Source of the DNA: Proteromonas lacertae
Lineage: Eukaryota
Assembly: GCA_002245135.1 (NCBI GenBank)
Contig: NGBS01001160.1
Coordinates: forward strand, 248,001 to 312,000
DNA: 64,000 nt
Reading direction: 5' to 3'
The notes beneath the pieces are model-generated. The model was not told the DNA's origin. It worked only from the letters and a program-made list of their open reading frames with translations, and ran no database searches. Below are positions 44,177 through 58,667 of this stretch, one piece after another (within the stretch, counting starts at the first letter, position 1; each line of letters opens with the position of its first letter). The translations under genes and the position numbers were made by a program.

Positions 44177-45817
44177 ATGAATTTGTATTATTATGTTTTA
44201 TATATCATCATAAAAAAATAGTCTTCTTGCATTTAATCAATTAATACCAGTTTATAGACAAAAAGGATCAACAGCTTCCTCAAGTTGGTATTTGTTTGCT
44301 TCAATTTCGTTTATTGTCATTATGTATTTTTTTGAGACATATCTAAGCTATCGTCAGTATCTCACCTATTTTTATAATAATCCACCACAAGTATTGTGTA
44401 TTTTGTGTTATTTGAGTAGAGAATTCTTGAAATAGCTGAAGCATTACAACCAGAATTGGATGAAGCAGAAAGAGAAAAGAAACAATTAGAAAAAAAAGAA
44501 AATGATAATGAAGAAAAGCAAGAAGATGTAAAAGAAGAAAAACCAGTGAGACTTGCAGATGATGTAAGAAGCAAGTATGCAAAATCCCAAGCATATGGGC
44601 AAGATCGTACTAGATTTGGTTTTATTGTTCATTTATTCAGCACAATAAAAGGATTAGCTTATTTGATATTTGGTTTTTTACCTTATATTTGGGATTTATC
44701 AGCCGTAATATTAGCAGTATATTTATCTCTATAATAATATTCTAATAGAGATTTGGTTACTCAGGAGATTATTATATTCTAAGATCTTTAATAATTGTAT
44801 CAATAGATTATGTAGTTGAACTAATAACAGATTTACCATTTGATTTATATTCAACATTTGTTATTGAAGAAAAACACGGATTTAACAAGCAAACTATTGG
44901 TTTATATATTAAAGATCAAATTAAATCATTATTATTAATGATAATTATTGGATATCCACTATTCTCATTATTACTATATATTATTACAGTATTAAGACAT
45001 CTTATTATTATTATTATATATATATATAGAAAGGTGGAAATAATTTCGTTTATTATGTTTGGTTTTTCTTATTAGTTGTGTCATTATTAATGGTTTCAAT
45101 ATATCCAATCCTTATTGCTCCATTGTTCAATAAATATACACCACTGGAAGAAGGAGATTTAAGAACAAGAATAGAAACATTGGCAAAGAAAGTGAATTAT
45201 CCATTAAAGAAGTTATATGTGGTGGATGGTTCTACCAGATCTGGACATAGTAATGCATATTTGTATGGTTTCTTTAATAATAAAAGAATTGTATTATATG
45301 ATACTTTATTAAAACAAGTATTTATAAATCATTAGTTTATTTTTTCATTTAGATGAAAGATCCAGCAGAAATTGAAGCTGTAATTGGTCATGAATTAGGT
45401 CATTGGAAATACAGTCACACAATATTTACATTTATAATTCAACAAGTTTACACATTCACATTATTTACTATATTTGGTCAATTTATGAATAATGGTAATT
45501 TATATTCAAGTTTTGGTTTTATTGATAAACCAATTGCAATTGGCTTGATATTATTTGGTCAATGTATTTGGAGTCCTATTGATATGTTGTTATCATTTTT
45601 AATTAATTATTTCACTCGTGTGTGTGAATATACAGCTGATAACTTTAGTACAAAATTAGGTTATGGTAAAGAATTGAGTAAAGGCTTGTTAAGATTGAGT
45701 GTTGAGAATTTGAGTAATCTAAGTCCAGATAGTTTGTACAGTATGTTGAAATATTCTCATCCTACACTAACTGAAAGAATTACCAATATAGAGAAGAATA
45801 TGAAGAAATTGAATTAA
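44177..45817 (+). CDS. STE24: CAAX prenyl protease 1 (peptidase M48)
   Basis: [52 protein letters not shown] zinc motif, [10 protein letters not shown]. Confidence 0.96.
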
Positions 45818-45897
45818 GAAGATGTTCTTTTTTCTTATTTTGTTGATATTTATATTACAATACAATCACAAATAATTATAAAACATTTATAGACGAA

Positions 45898-48746
45898 TTA
45901 TTTAAATCTCTTTTGAAAATAGTCATTCAAGTCTAATCTAGTAAGTAATGGTGATGATAACTTATTCATTTTGCTATACAATTGAAATACCAACTTTCTA
46001 CATTCTGAATCAACATAATCAATCTTATATTTTGGAATCTTCTTTAATTCTTCTGTTGTATGTATTAAAATACTGAAATCAAGTGATAATTGTATTAATT
46101 CCATAATATCATGTTTAATACTCTAAATATAATAAATATAAAACTATAATACAGGTTGAGTGATAAAAGATTCTTTGATAATATTTTCTAAGAACAGTTT
46201 GTGATTATTATCTATTGTTTTATAGTCTTTACATTCATTTATCTTCTTAATTAACTGTGAAAATTGACTTTCAATTACATCTACTTGTATATAGTAATAT
46301 ATATTATCTATTATAACTGATAGTATATATCGAATATTCCATAATTCTTTTATAGTTTCACTTGATCCATACTCTTTCAAAATGCTATAACAGCTTTGCA
46401 ATTCATAACTTATTCTTTTCATTTTAAACAAATATTGAAATATCATTTTGTATTTTGATAGTATATCTGGTGTAATAAGTAAATGTAGTGGATATTCAAT
46501 CTTATAGTTTAAATAAAGTCTTTCCCAATCATATAATCTTTCATTATTGTTTAATACATCCTTCTATTAATAAAAGACGATATTATATAATTTATACTGA
46601 TTCATTCTTTCTATTTTTATTTTTATAAGATTCATACTTCCATCCAATAATCTCAGTACCACTTGAATTCTTTAAGTTTCTAATACAACTGGATATTAAT
46701 CCAATATAACAACTATTATCACTATCCAACTGTACATAATTAGAAATATTCAATATCTCGTTGATTAATGGAAACTCCATATCTTCTAAGTATATTCTGA
46801 TATTCCATAATCCACTATCTAATTTAACATAAACTATTTTAGAGGTAATTTCTACATTATATTGTAATCGATCGGTTATTACACATGTAGTTGCAAACTT
46901 ATGATGAACATGGCATTTTTCATTCTTACCACTTGCATGAATACTTATATGGGGTTTATTAATATTATAATCTGTATGGGATAATGGGTCAGAATAATAA
47001 TCATATTCAATAACAATACCATTGCGAATTGATTCATAACCTAAACCTCCATCTTCTTTACCTATTATTGGAATGTGATTATTCTGAATAACAAATGATA
47101 TTCCACCCATCTCTGGTGATAATTTGAATTTAAATATACTAATAATAATAATAATAATATATACGTTTCAAAACCGTTGGTAATAATAATTTTACTATTA
47201 TACCACACAGCTCCAATACCATTCTTATAAATGCCTTGAGGATTTACACCCAATATTATCTCTATAAATAATAATAATAATATATAAGTATATATACTTG
47301 ATTCATCAGATTGGTTAATAATTCCAGCATAACATAAATCATTATTATTAATAAGATGATTGACCGGATCTCTAATAGTAAATGATAATGTTTCTATCTT
47401 TAACTCATAATTCTTAAAACACTTATCTTTTGTCTCTAAGTCAAATACTCTTGAAGCATGACTCCAAGGACCATAATTCAAATCTAATCAATTTAATATT
47501 ATATATATATATATATATATACCTTGTTCTGAAGTTGTTCGTATTGGTTGCATCATTAATGGTCTACTTAATTCAATAAACATTTGAAACAATTCTCCAT
47601 TTCCTAATAGCATGTAGTTTCTAATAGAGTTAAGATGATTTATTAATTCTGAATTGATTACTAATAGATTGTATAAATGGATGTTAATAATTTGTAATAT
47701 TTTGTCTATTGCTAATTCCAACTAATATAATATAATATAATATAATATATATATATATATATACAGCTAAAGTATCATATTTATTTTTATCTTGTAAATT
47801 ATATAATAATTCTTTTATTTTCAATATATCTTCATTTGGTAATTCATATTCTATTATTAATTTATTACAATATATATATATATATATTATTCTTATTAAG
47901 TAATACCTTCATTGCTTTACCAATATATAATATAATAAATCCTAGATTAATAGGTATAATAGATTGAGGTAACATTGAAACATTTAAATTGTAATTATAA
48001 CTCCAATCATTTTCATTTTCAATTATTTCATTCTGTCCACTACGACTACTACTGCCATTATTGTTATTATTAATTTCATAACTTTCTTCATATTGTATAA
48101 AATATTCACTAAAATATATTAATAAACAATATATATACTGATAATTATCATCAATATATCCATAAATTATCCAACTACCAATTTGAGTATATAGAATCTT
48201 TAATAGAGAGTTTAAAAACTTATTTATTTCTTTTGCTATAACTGGATCACCATTTAATGAACATGAATATACAATTTCAATAATTTCGCCTCCCTTTTTG
48301 TTTTTTAATCGATCTACTAATTCATGTAAATATGGTAGTAATATTCTATATTTTTGAGTTTTTTGATAAAGATATAACAAACTTAAACTATTATCTTGCA
48401 TATATTGCTTTTTCTATTTCTCTTAAATTATTTCCATAATCAACCAGCAGTTCCTGTAGACTAAATGCCAATCCTCTTAAGTACACTCCATCTATTCAAA
48501 TTTATTTATGTTAATAATACATTCTGGTAAATGCCTTTGATTTGATTCACCGTTGCTTGAATTGCACAAACTAACAAAATCATTCAAATATTTGTAATGA
48601 TAACCAATATCAACAATTTTTACTAACACTTCTTTCTCAGATTGGCTTAAAAATGTTGCTCCTTCATCTACTTCAAATTTATTTCCTCCATCTCTAATAA
48701 CATCTCCACTTATACCAGCTAAACTCATTATAATTTCATGCTGCAT
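45898..48746 (-). CDS. TUBGCP4: Gamma-tubulin complex component 4 with inserted legume-lectin-like domain
   Basis: MQHEIIMSLAGISGD N-terminus, ILYIGKAMKVL, RNYMLLGNGELFQMFI, WERLYLNYKIEYPLHLL, LLTRLDLNDYF. Confidence 0.85.
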
Positions 48747-48998
48747 CTTGCTGACTCACAAAAACAAAAAAGAAATTCAAAATTCAAAATGATTAGCAAA
48801 CCAATATTCAAACCTGCATATCAAAAATATTTTTTAATTGTCAATAATAATATTAACAACATTATTTAAATCATTTAGATATTACACCTATGATGCCATC
48901 TAATGGATCAACAATTACAAAATCATATTTTACAAGATTTGTCATAAGTTTTTAAAATCAAATAAACACATGATTTTCAATAATTAAAAAATTAAAAA

Positions 48999-49372
48999 TT
49001 ATGCTGCAGCTTTTCTTTTCTTCTGTACTACTGGTTTCTTTAGATTATCAACACAACCCTATTATTATAAATGCTTTTTAAAATATACAATTAATATATT
49101 TGCAACAGTTTCTTTGAATTTAGTAACTTCACTTGCGGGAATAAGAGTAGTAATCTTCTTTTTATGATATTTAACTCGAATATAACATTTAGTCTTATCA
49201 GGATCAATTTCATCTGGTTTAGGATTTGGACAACCCATTTTTGGATTATCTAGAAGTAAAAGGATGACAAATAAGGTATACATTTCTTTATAGCAAAGGT
49301 AATAGAATTAATGTCTCCCTTCTGATACATTTTCAACATTTCTACCATAAAAGCAGCTTTATCTAAATACAT
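48999..49372 (-). CDS. SRP14: Signal recognition particle 14 kDa protein
   Basis: Spliced: MYLDKAAFMVEMLKMYQK...SITFAIKK...CYIRVKYHKKKITTLI...VTKF...DNLRKPVVQKKKRK; size and basic tail fit. Confidence 0.75.
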
Positions 49373-49427
49373 TTTTGAATGGAATGATAGAAAAATGCTT
49401 GACAAAGCTTGAAGCTAATTTTCTAAA

Positions 49428-52400
49428 ATGAATGAAATTATATTTGAACCAAGTTCAGATTCTGGTTATTATAAGACATTGGAAGAGAAAGTATTATTTT
49501 ATATCGTACATTCCTATTTAGGCTAAAAAATATGAGCAATTATTAAACGAGAAAGAGAAAGAGATTTCTACATTGCAAATTGAATTAATCAATGAAAAGT
49601 ATCATACAAGAAAACAAATTGAAGGCTATCAACAAATACAAGCAATGTATGAAAGTTAATTTATTTTTAGGCTTGAAGAGAAATGTTCTGTGTTGGCAAA
49701 TGAAAGAGTTGAGTTATCCCAGTCATTGGAGCAGTTTCAGCAAATATTTTTACATAATCAAAATCAGAACAATATGTTAGATACAGTATATAAATATATA
49801 ACAAATAATATATATTTAATTTTCATATAGAAAAAGAAGATATATGACAGTCTTGTTGATGTATAAACTATTCTAATAATTCTGATTATAGTATGAGAGA
49901 ATAAAAAGAGATAATGAGGAATTGATAGAATCAGAGAAGAAACTTAAAGAGGAAAATCAACAATATTTCAACTTCTTTCAGAATATAAAGTCACATTTTG
50001 ATGAAGTAACAGGTGATATTCAAAAATCTAATAAAATATTAACCAGCGAAATACTTCAAATGAATAATGAATTAAAAGATATTCAACAGTATATTTTAGA
50101 ATATTTTATTATTATTAATAGGAAGTATTCAGATTTATTAAAGGAATATCATAACTTAGAAAGAAAGAAAGAAGAAATAGAAATAGAGAATAAGTCCAAA
50201 GATGAAGTAATATGTGAAACACAAAAACATATTCAATTCTTATTAAAGAAAACAATCACAAATGGAACAATAAGTAAAGAAGAATTTGCAAAATTACAGG
50301 AAATGAGCAATAACACTAGTAATGAAATTGAAGTATATATATACATTAATAATAATAATAGTTAAAAACATTGAGAAGTTTGATAGAGGGGTATAAGAAA
50401 AGAGAAGAACTATATCAAAATATTCAATATCAACAATTACAATCTCCACAAAAAACACCAATTAACAATCATCAAATGATTTTATATTCACCAGATAAGA
50501 ATACAAGTTTCAATTCTCCAAGAGATAAGTTAATAGATAGATTACAAATGAATGAAGTATATTTATTTTATAATTATTATTATAGAGTGGAGATAATGAA
50601 ATTGTGGATACTCCAATGAAAAGTCCATTTTCTGAGTCTGCATTTGAGAATGAACTTCAAGGTAAAATTGCTACTCTTAAGAGTGTAAGACAAAAATTAA
50701 AGAAAGAGAATAAAGAGTTGAATCAAAAGATAATCCAACAACAATTTGAATATGAAAGAAAAGAATTTGAAAATAAAAATGCTCAACTTGATTTGAAGAA
50801 TCAAATAGATAAATTAATGATAATCAATGCTTCAGTTACAAAACAATATGAATCAATTGTTACAACCAATAAAACAACAGAAGAAAAATGTTTACATTTA
50901 GAAAAACAAGTCGAAAATTATAAATTGTTATACACTAAGTTAAAAGATGATTATGACAAAATGGAGAAGGAAAAGAATGAAGGTGATGTACAAAATGAAG
51001 AGTTAATTACAAAGAATGAAGACTTAAATAGTTCATTGAAATCATTATAAAGAAGAGATTAAGGATCTTCAAAATAGATTATCTGATAATATGGAAAAGT
51101 ATTCAACTAATATGAATGATTATATGACACATTTACAGGAACTAAATACCAGTATATATTATACCTATATATATATTGTGATAGATTTAAAGTCATCAAA
51201 CTTAGAAGAAGTTGATAATTTATCAATTATTAATGCACAACTGTATAATAATGTAGAAGAATTAACTCAATTATTATTCAATGAAAAAACATTAACTGCA
51301 GAGTTGAATAAACAAATACAATTATTAGGTAAAGAAGGGAAATTGAAAGATGAAGAATATCATTTAATTACAAAGAAATTGAAGAATGAATTATCAACAT
51401 TGTATATAATAGTTTTTATTCTTTTTTTTTTATATAGAAAACATGATTATAAGATTTTACAAGAAAATTATTATTTACTTCAAAAGAAAGATACTCCAAA
51501 GGAATCACCCAATAAATCGAATTTATCATCCCCCAAACCAACTAATAATAATAATAATAGTTACCAACAACAGAATGAAGAAATGGCCAGATTAAATAGT
51601 GAAAATGAAACATTAAGAACATTATTAGAAGCTAATAAACAACAATTAGAATCAATAATTGAGAAATCAAATGATAATCAGATGGAAATGGAAGAAAAAG
51701 TCCATAGTTTTGAAAAACAACTTGAAGAGAAAGATAGCATGATAGTTAATAAAGAAAGTACTATTAATGCTTATGAATCAAAAATAAACGAATTAAGAGA
51801 AGAAATAAACAATCTAAATCAACAAATGGAAAGTAGAATATTACAATTAACTAGTAATGAACAGAATATGAGTATAATAAAGAAAGAAATGGATTTAAAG
51901 AATGATGAATTAGAGAGAGCAAAAGAGAATTATAATCATGAAGTTCAATTACATTCTCAAGATGTATAGATATTTGTAATATATATATATATAGATCTCT
52001 TTATATGAAATACTTCAAAAAGACTATTCAGACTTACAAACAAAGCATAAAGAATTGAATGAAAAGTATTTGCAGTTATCATCACAATCTAATCAAAAAC
52101 AGTCTTTATCAACAGAAGAAAAACAGAATTATGTAAATCAAATAGCAGATTATTCTACTCAAATTAATAATTTAAAACAACAAAACATAATTCTATCAAG
52201 TGAAATAAAAATCTTGAATGAGAAAATATCAGTATTAGAAAATGATAAATTAAGTAAAATAATGAGTTTCACAGCTGAAGAAACAGAGAATCCATCAGAA
52301 ACTATTAACCAGTTGAGAGAATTATTGACTTTGGCAAATAACGAAAAGAATTCAATTGCATCTGAATTAACAGTAACTAAACAGACAGTAGAACAAATCA

Positions 52401-54173
52401 AACAGAAATATGAACATGTATAATGATATTTTCTATATCTTCATAGTTGAATTCTGATTATGAAATAATACAAGCAGATATGAAATCATTAGAAGTTCAA
52501 CAATCATCAAGTCAAAACACAGCCAATGAATTGAAATTATTGGTATGTTTATATTATATATATATATATATAATTAGAAAAGTGAAAATGAGTTATTGTA
52601 TAAGAGTAATGAAAGTATCAAAGATGATTATATCAAATTACAAAACAGTATAAATGAAAATGAAAAGAAGATGAAAGAAATACAAGAGCAAATAAATCCA
52701 TTAAGCAGCCAAATAAGAGAAAAAGATGTAGAAATCGCCAATCTATCAAACCAAATACTCACATTAAAAGATGAGAATATTAGATTAAGAAATAGAGTTG
52801 GAGATTTATCACTGAAATATAATCAGATTGATCCAACAGAATATGAATCATTACAATCTAAATATCATCAATTGGAAAGTCAAATAGAATCAAATAAAGT
52901 GGATGTTGAAAAATTGAATGAAAAAATAACTGAATTAACTAAACTAGTTGGAGATGTATATATTTCTAGTTTTATTTTATGTTTACATAGAAAGATACAG
53001 CATTAGTTCAATTAAGACAAAAGACACAAGAAAGAGTATATTTGATGTTTGTTATATTTTTATAGTTAAAGTCAAAGCAACAGAATATGAGTAAAGCATA
53101 TCAAGATCAAATGGATGAAATGAAATCATCTCATACAAAAGAAATCGAAGAATTGAAAACACAAATAAATACCATAATGGAAGAGAATCAAAAGTTAAAA
53201 TCAGAGAAACCTTTAAAATCAACTCCCAAAAGAAAGATTAATACAACAGGAGTAAAGAAAGTAGTAACTCCTAAACAATCAAATCAAGCAAAACAGCAAG
53301 AAGAAACAAAACAATCACAAAATGATAATACTAAAGTTATAACAACTGTAGAAAAGAAAATAATAAAACTACCAAGCCAAAACCAAGAAAAAGGAGAAGT
53401 GAAAGAGAATAAAGAATCCCAACAAACAACAACAACAATAACAACAACACAATCTCCATCACAACAGAATAAAGAATTACCAGTTAAAAGAAGCAATTCT
53501 ACAGATTTAACAAATAATGATAATGAATCTCAGAAACCAGCAAAACGATTAAAGTCAATAGTTCCACCACCATTACCAGAATTGTCAATGGCTAATGAAG
53601 ATTCTGCTAATAGTAACTCCAATACAATCACCACCATCAGATTTCATAATTACACCTGAATCATCTCCAATGATAGGAAGTGCATTTTTAGAAGAAGATA
53701 CATTCCAGTTGCCAACACAAGTTATATCACTTAGTAATAATGATGAGAATGGTGAAGAAGAAAGTGTAAAGAAAGAGGAAGAGGAAAATGTTAAGAAAGT
53801 GGAAGAGGAAATGAATATGGAAGAAGAAAAGATAGAGAATCAAGATGTTGAAGAAAAGAAAGAATCTCAAAAACAACAACAACAACAACAACAGAAAGAA
53901 CCATCACTTATTATTACTATTGAAAAACCAAACATATCTTCTGAAGAAAGAAGAGTAAAAAGAATGGAAAGATTTAAAGAAGAAATAACATTTGATGATG
54001 TAATAAGGTTAATTAATACAAAAACACTAACAGCATTTTTAGAGTTGTTCAGTCCAAACATTGTAAGTCAAGTTGATGCTTTACTTAAACATCCAATACA
54101 AGAAGTTGTAAATGGATTGAAAAAGAAATTTGGTGAAAAGAATGTATTAAACTTTTTCAAACAGTATTTATAA
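49428..54173 (+). CDS. Long coiled-coil protein, TPR/Mlp1-like nuclear basket protein
   Basis: Extended heptad-rich exons; NYNHEVQLHSQD and R...L..KYNQIDPTEY resemble TPR/Mlp motifs; disordered acidic tail with KR motifs. Confidence 0.65.
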
Positions 54174-54302
54174 TCAAACTATTCTTATAAATAAATAAAT
54201 TTTACTCTTATCTCCCAATAGAACAGTTTATTGTTAATAAAATGTAATGAATGATAATATAATTGTTATATGGGTTAAAATAAGGTGTATGAAATACACT
54301 AA

Positions 54303-54743
<441 letters not shown>

Positions 54744-54929
54744 CTATGTAACAATAAATAAATAATAGTTCAGAAGAAAAAAAGAAGGAGAGAAAAGAGT
54801 GATATTCGTACTTTTTTAAAATAGAATAAAATGTGTAAATGTAACGAATTAATATTTTTTTCGCGCTTAATCTAATTTAACAATTTAAACAAGGAGTTTT
54901 ACAAAAAATATATTCATTAACGGAAATAA

Positions 54930-56661
54930 TCAATTAAAGATCGGTGTTGATTGCTTCAACAAATTCAAAGCATCAGTGGCACTCATTCTTTTTTCTCTAT
55001 CAATTTCAGTCATACCATCAACTATCTGAGTTATACAGTTAGGATAAGAAACATCAATTTTTGTGGTATTTCTTTCTGCATAAGGATAATTCTGTTTATA
55101 CAGAAACTGTAAAGTACACATTTCATACAAAACACAACCTAACGACCAACAATCAATAAGGTAATTATAGTTATCTCCTCTCATTATTTCAGGAGCAATA
55201 TACTTAGGTGTTCCAAAAATACCATTTTCCTCATTATCTTCTTCTTTTCTTAAAGTACATAACCCAAAATCACCAAATAAAAGTCTTCTATGATTTTCTC
55301 TAATAGCAAAGAAGATATTCTCTGGCTTTATATCACGATGAATAATATTATGTTTGTGTAATTCTGATAAACTGAATAATAAGTTATGGAAATGTCTTAC
55401 AATTTCATCACTTGTATAATGTTGGTTATTCTCTTTTCTTTTATCCAATTCTTTCTTTAAATCGCCCAACTGACAAAACTCTGTTACTAATACATATTTT
55501 TTATCTTCACAGAATGCATCGATGAATTTAATAACATGATTACTGATTTTTTCATTTAAACTAATCAAAGATCTTGCTTCAGACATAAATAAATCTTCAG
55601 TTTCTTCTTTAATATCTATTAATTTTATTGCATATTGTCTTCCATCACTCTCTTCAGCTAATTCTCCAATATACACTTGACTACTGGCTCCATTACCTAT
55701 AGGATCATCACTTAGTATATAGTTTCCAATCCTTTTTCCTGATTTTCGAACTAGTAATGGATTTGGAGGATTATATACCGATGATGATAAAAGAATGTTA
55801 TTACTATCAGTTGAAGAAGATGGTGGTGGTAATCTCAAATTCTTGCTAGCAATTATTCTATTTTCATCGTTATTATTCTTATTTCTATTCTTTATCTCAA
55901 ATAGCTTATCTAACACTGTAGATGTGGTAATATTGATTGGATTTAACAACATTTGGAGTATCTCTTTATATTCATTATCTAAACCATCAAAATTTAGATT
56001 GCTACTTTCCATTAGCTTCATCAAAAACAGACTTTTCATTTGGATAAGGATTTCTGTTGAATAACAAAATGTATAAGATAATTCCTACTCTTCTTAAATC
56101 AGATGATGGAGTAGAAATTCCTGATAACTCATCCATACTCTTATAACACACATTATTATGTTGATTTATCATAATATCATATAATGGTGTTACATCATTC
56201 AGAATAAGATGATTATCTTCAATAAAGAAACTTTCAAGTGTAATATGTCCATGGATTATTCCATTAGCTTCTAATTGATTTAGAGCTAATAGCATATCTA
56301 TCCAATAACAAATAGGAATCTCCTATGTAAAAATATATCATTTATAAATACATTAGTCATATTCCCACTAAAATCAACTAATGAACGTATAGATTTGTTA
56401 TAATAAGGCTTAAATACGTAAAGTAAGTGTTCATCAACAAATGTCACTGGGGTGATGTAACGAGGATCTAAATTTTTGTTTTGTCTCTGTTTTATCTATA
56501 CAAAAATAATTAGATATGAATACAGCATTTATAACCTGTTCTTTCATATGATGTGGATATATCTCTTCTCTATACTCTTTATTGGTTTTTATCTCCTTAA
56601 CATGATATGACTGAGTAATATTATCTCCATCAATACAGTCAATAACTTCATATTCTTTCAT
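54930..56661 (-). CDS. Tandem kinase: N-terminal pseudokinase plus C-terminal NEK-like Ser/Thr kinase
   Basis: First domain degenerate (IIHGHITLESF, LILND). Second has GNGASSQV, YAIK, HRDIKPEN, GDFG, GTPKYIAPE. Confidence 0.8.
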
Positions 56662-56748
56662 TTTTTCAATGTAAATATCAAAAAATACAAAAAACAAATG
56701 TTTAAAGTATGATTAGTTATTTACCATACAGTCATTTAACTTAAAGAT

Positions 56749-58584
56749 CTACCCTTTTCCATTATAGATAATGCATCGATCAACACTCAATCGCTTCTCA
56801 GGATCACGATCTAATAATCCTACAACCACTATTTTGAACATTATGTTCATAATCTTTATAAATCCCATCAAAATATGGAATATTATCAATAGGAGTTTCT
56901 GGAAATGCTTGAGTAAGAGTTAATATCTCATACAAAATACAACCCAAAGACCAACAGTCACATTTCAAGTTATACTTCTTTCCTTCCAATACTTCAGGTG
57001 CAATGTAATTAATATTGCATGTATAAAGCATCTGCTTTTCTTCAACTGAATCATATAATGATAGAATAAATGAATCACAATATAACCATTTTCTATTAAT
57101 ATCATTCATAAATATGTTATTGAGTTTAATATCCATATGAGGTCTTCTAGTATAATGAATCAATTGAAGAGTTTCTAATAATTGATTGAAATTATCACAT
57201 ATAGAATCTTCTGCAAATAAAATATTTTTACTTCTTTGGTTATCTAAATACATCTGCATATTCAAACTGTATTGTTTTGTAACAATAAACATTTGATCAG
57301 AATCAACATAACTTTCAATGATTTGAATACATGAATTTTCCATTTTGTTATTCAATGAGACTAATAGAGACATCTATATTAAATATTATTATCATAATAT
57401 ATATATATATATATATATATACATTTATCTCATCGATATCATCTGATTTTATCACTTTTATAGCTAATGGAACATTTGGATATCTTTCATTTTTTGCTTT
57501 ATAAACTACACCAATTGGTCCTTTCCCTATTTCATCTAATAATTCATACTATTAAATATATAACAATTATATTTATATTTATATTATACATCATTTTTAA
57601 ATAATATAGAATGTAAAGAATTATCACTTTCTACAGATACTGGTGGATCTTCGTAGTCATAATCATTATAACTATCATTATTATTAATTGGAGATGGACT
57701 ATCATTATCATATAAATCTTCTTCTGGATATTCATCTTCTGATGTTGAACTAGATTGAGGTAATGACTTTGGTGATAATAATGATGAATTTGATAATTGT
57801 GGAACTATACTTAACTGATCAACCAATTCAGATGATTTTAATCTTTTCTCTTTATTAACATTCAATAATCCATTCAATATATTTACTAATGGTTTATCTA
57901 ATCCTTGATAATTAATCTTATATTCATTTCTAGTATAGGATATTAAATCATTTAGAGTTTGAAACGGAGGAGTGTTAAATATTAAAGTATAAATGATTAT
58001 GCCTATACTCCACATATCAGATTCGAAGGATTTTACTTCTCCATTAGATTCTTCCGGACTTGTGTATATTATATCATATCCTTTATCAATTATAAACCTA
58101 TTGAGTGGAGTTATATCATTCAAAACTAAATGATCTTCTGAATTAATAAAATATGATTCGATTGTTAGATTTTTATGATATATTCGATTTTTATGTAATT
58201 CATTAATGGATGCAGCTATATCCATCCAATATGTTAAAGAAATTTTCTATTCATCAGAATAAACTAACTATCATACATTTAGACGTCCATTATTGAAACT
58301 TGTCATATCAGTTATTCTCTTTGAATAATAAGGCTTCACTAAATAGACATAAAATTCCTCAATAATGGTAATTGGAGTAACCAACTCAGGTGAAATTTTG
58401 ATATTACTCCTTTCCAATATCTACAAAATATTTTCAAATAACATACGCATTGCTTTATTTCATTCTTTACTTGCTCTGTATAAATCTCTTCTCTATAATC
58501 TTTATTGGTTGACTTCTGTTTTACATGAATCGCTTGAACAATATTTTTCTCTCTAATTATAGAAATTGGCTCATAATCTGACAT
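56749..58584 (-). CDS. Paralogous tandem kinase with two degenerate kinase domains
   Basis: Start MSDYEPI...HVKQKSTNKDYREEIY matches the neighbour; IYHKNLTIESY/LVLND; second domain IGKGPIGVVY, LAIK, HMDIKLNN, CDSF, YIAPE. The 3' end is approximate (frameshift near 56825). Confidence 0.75.
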
Positions 58585-58667
58585 TCTTTTGAATTATTCA
58601 AATCTATTTTGAAAAAATAGTATTTTTTGCACACAATGTCAAACAAGACAAAAATACAGAATATTAG

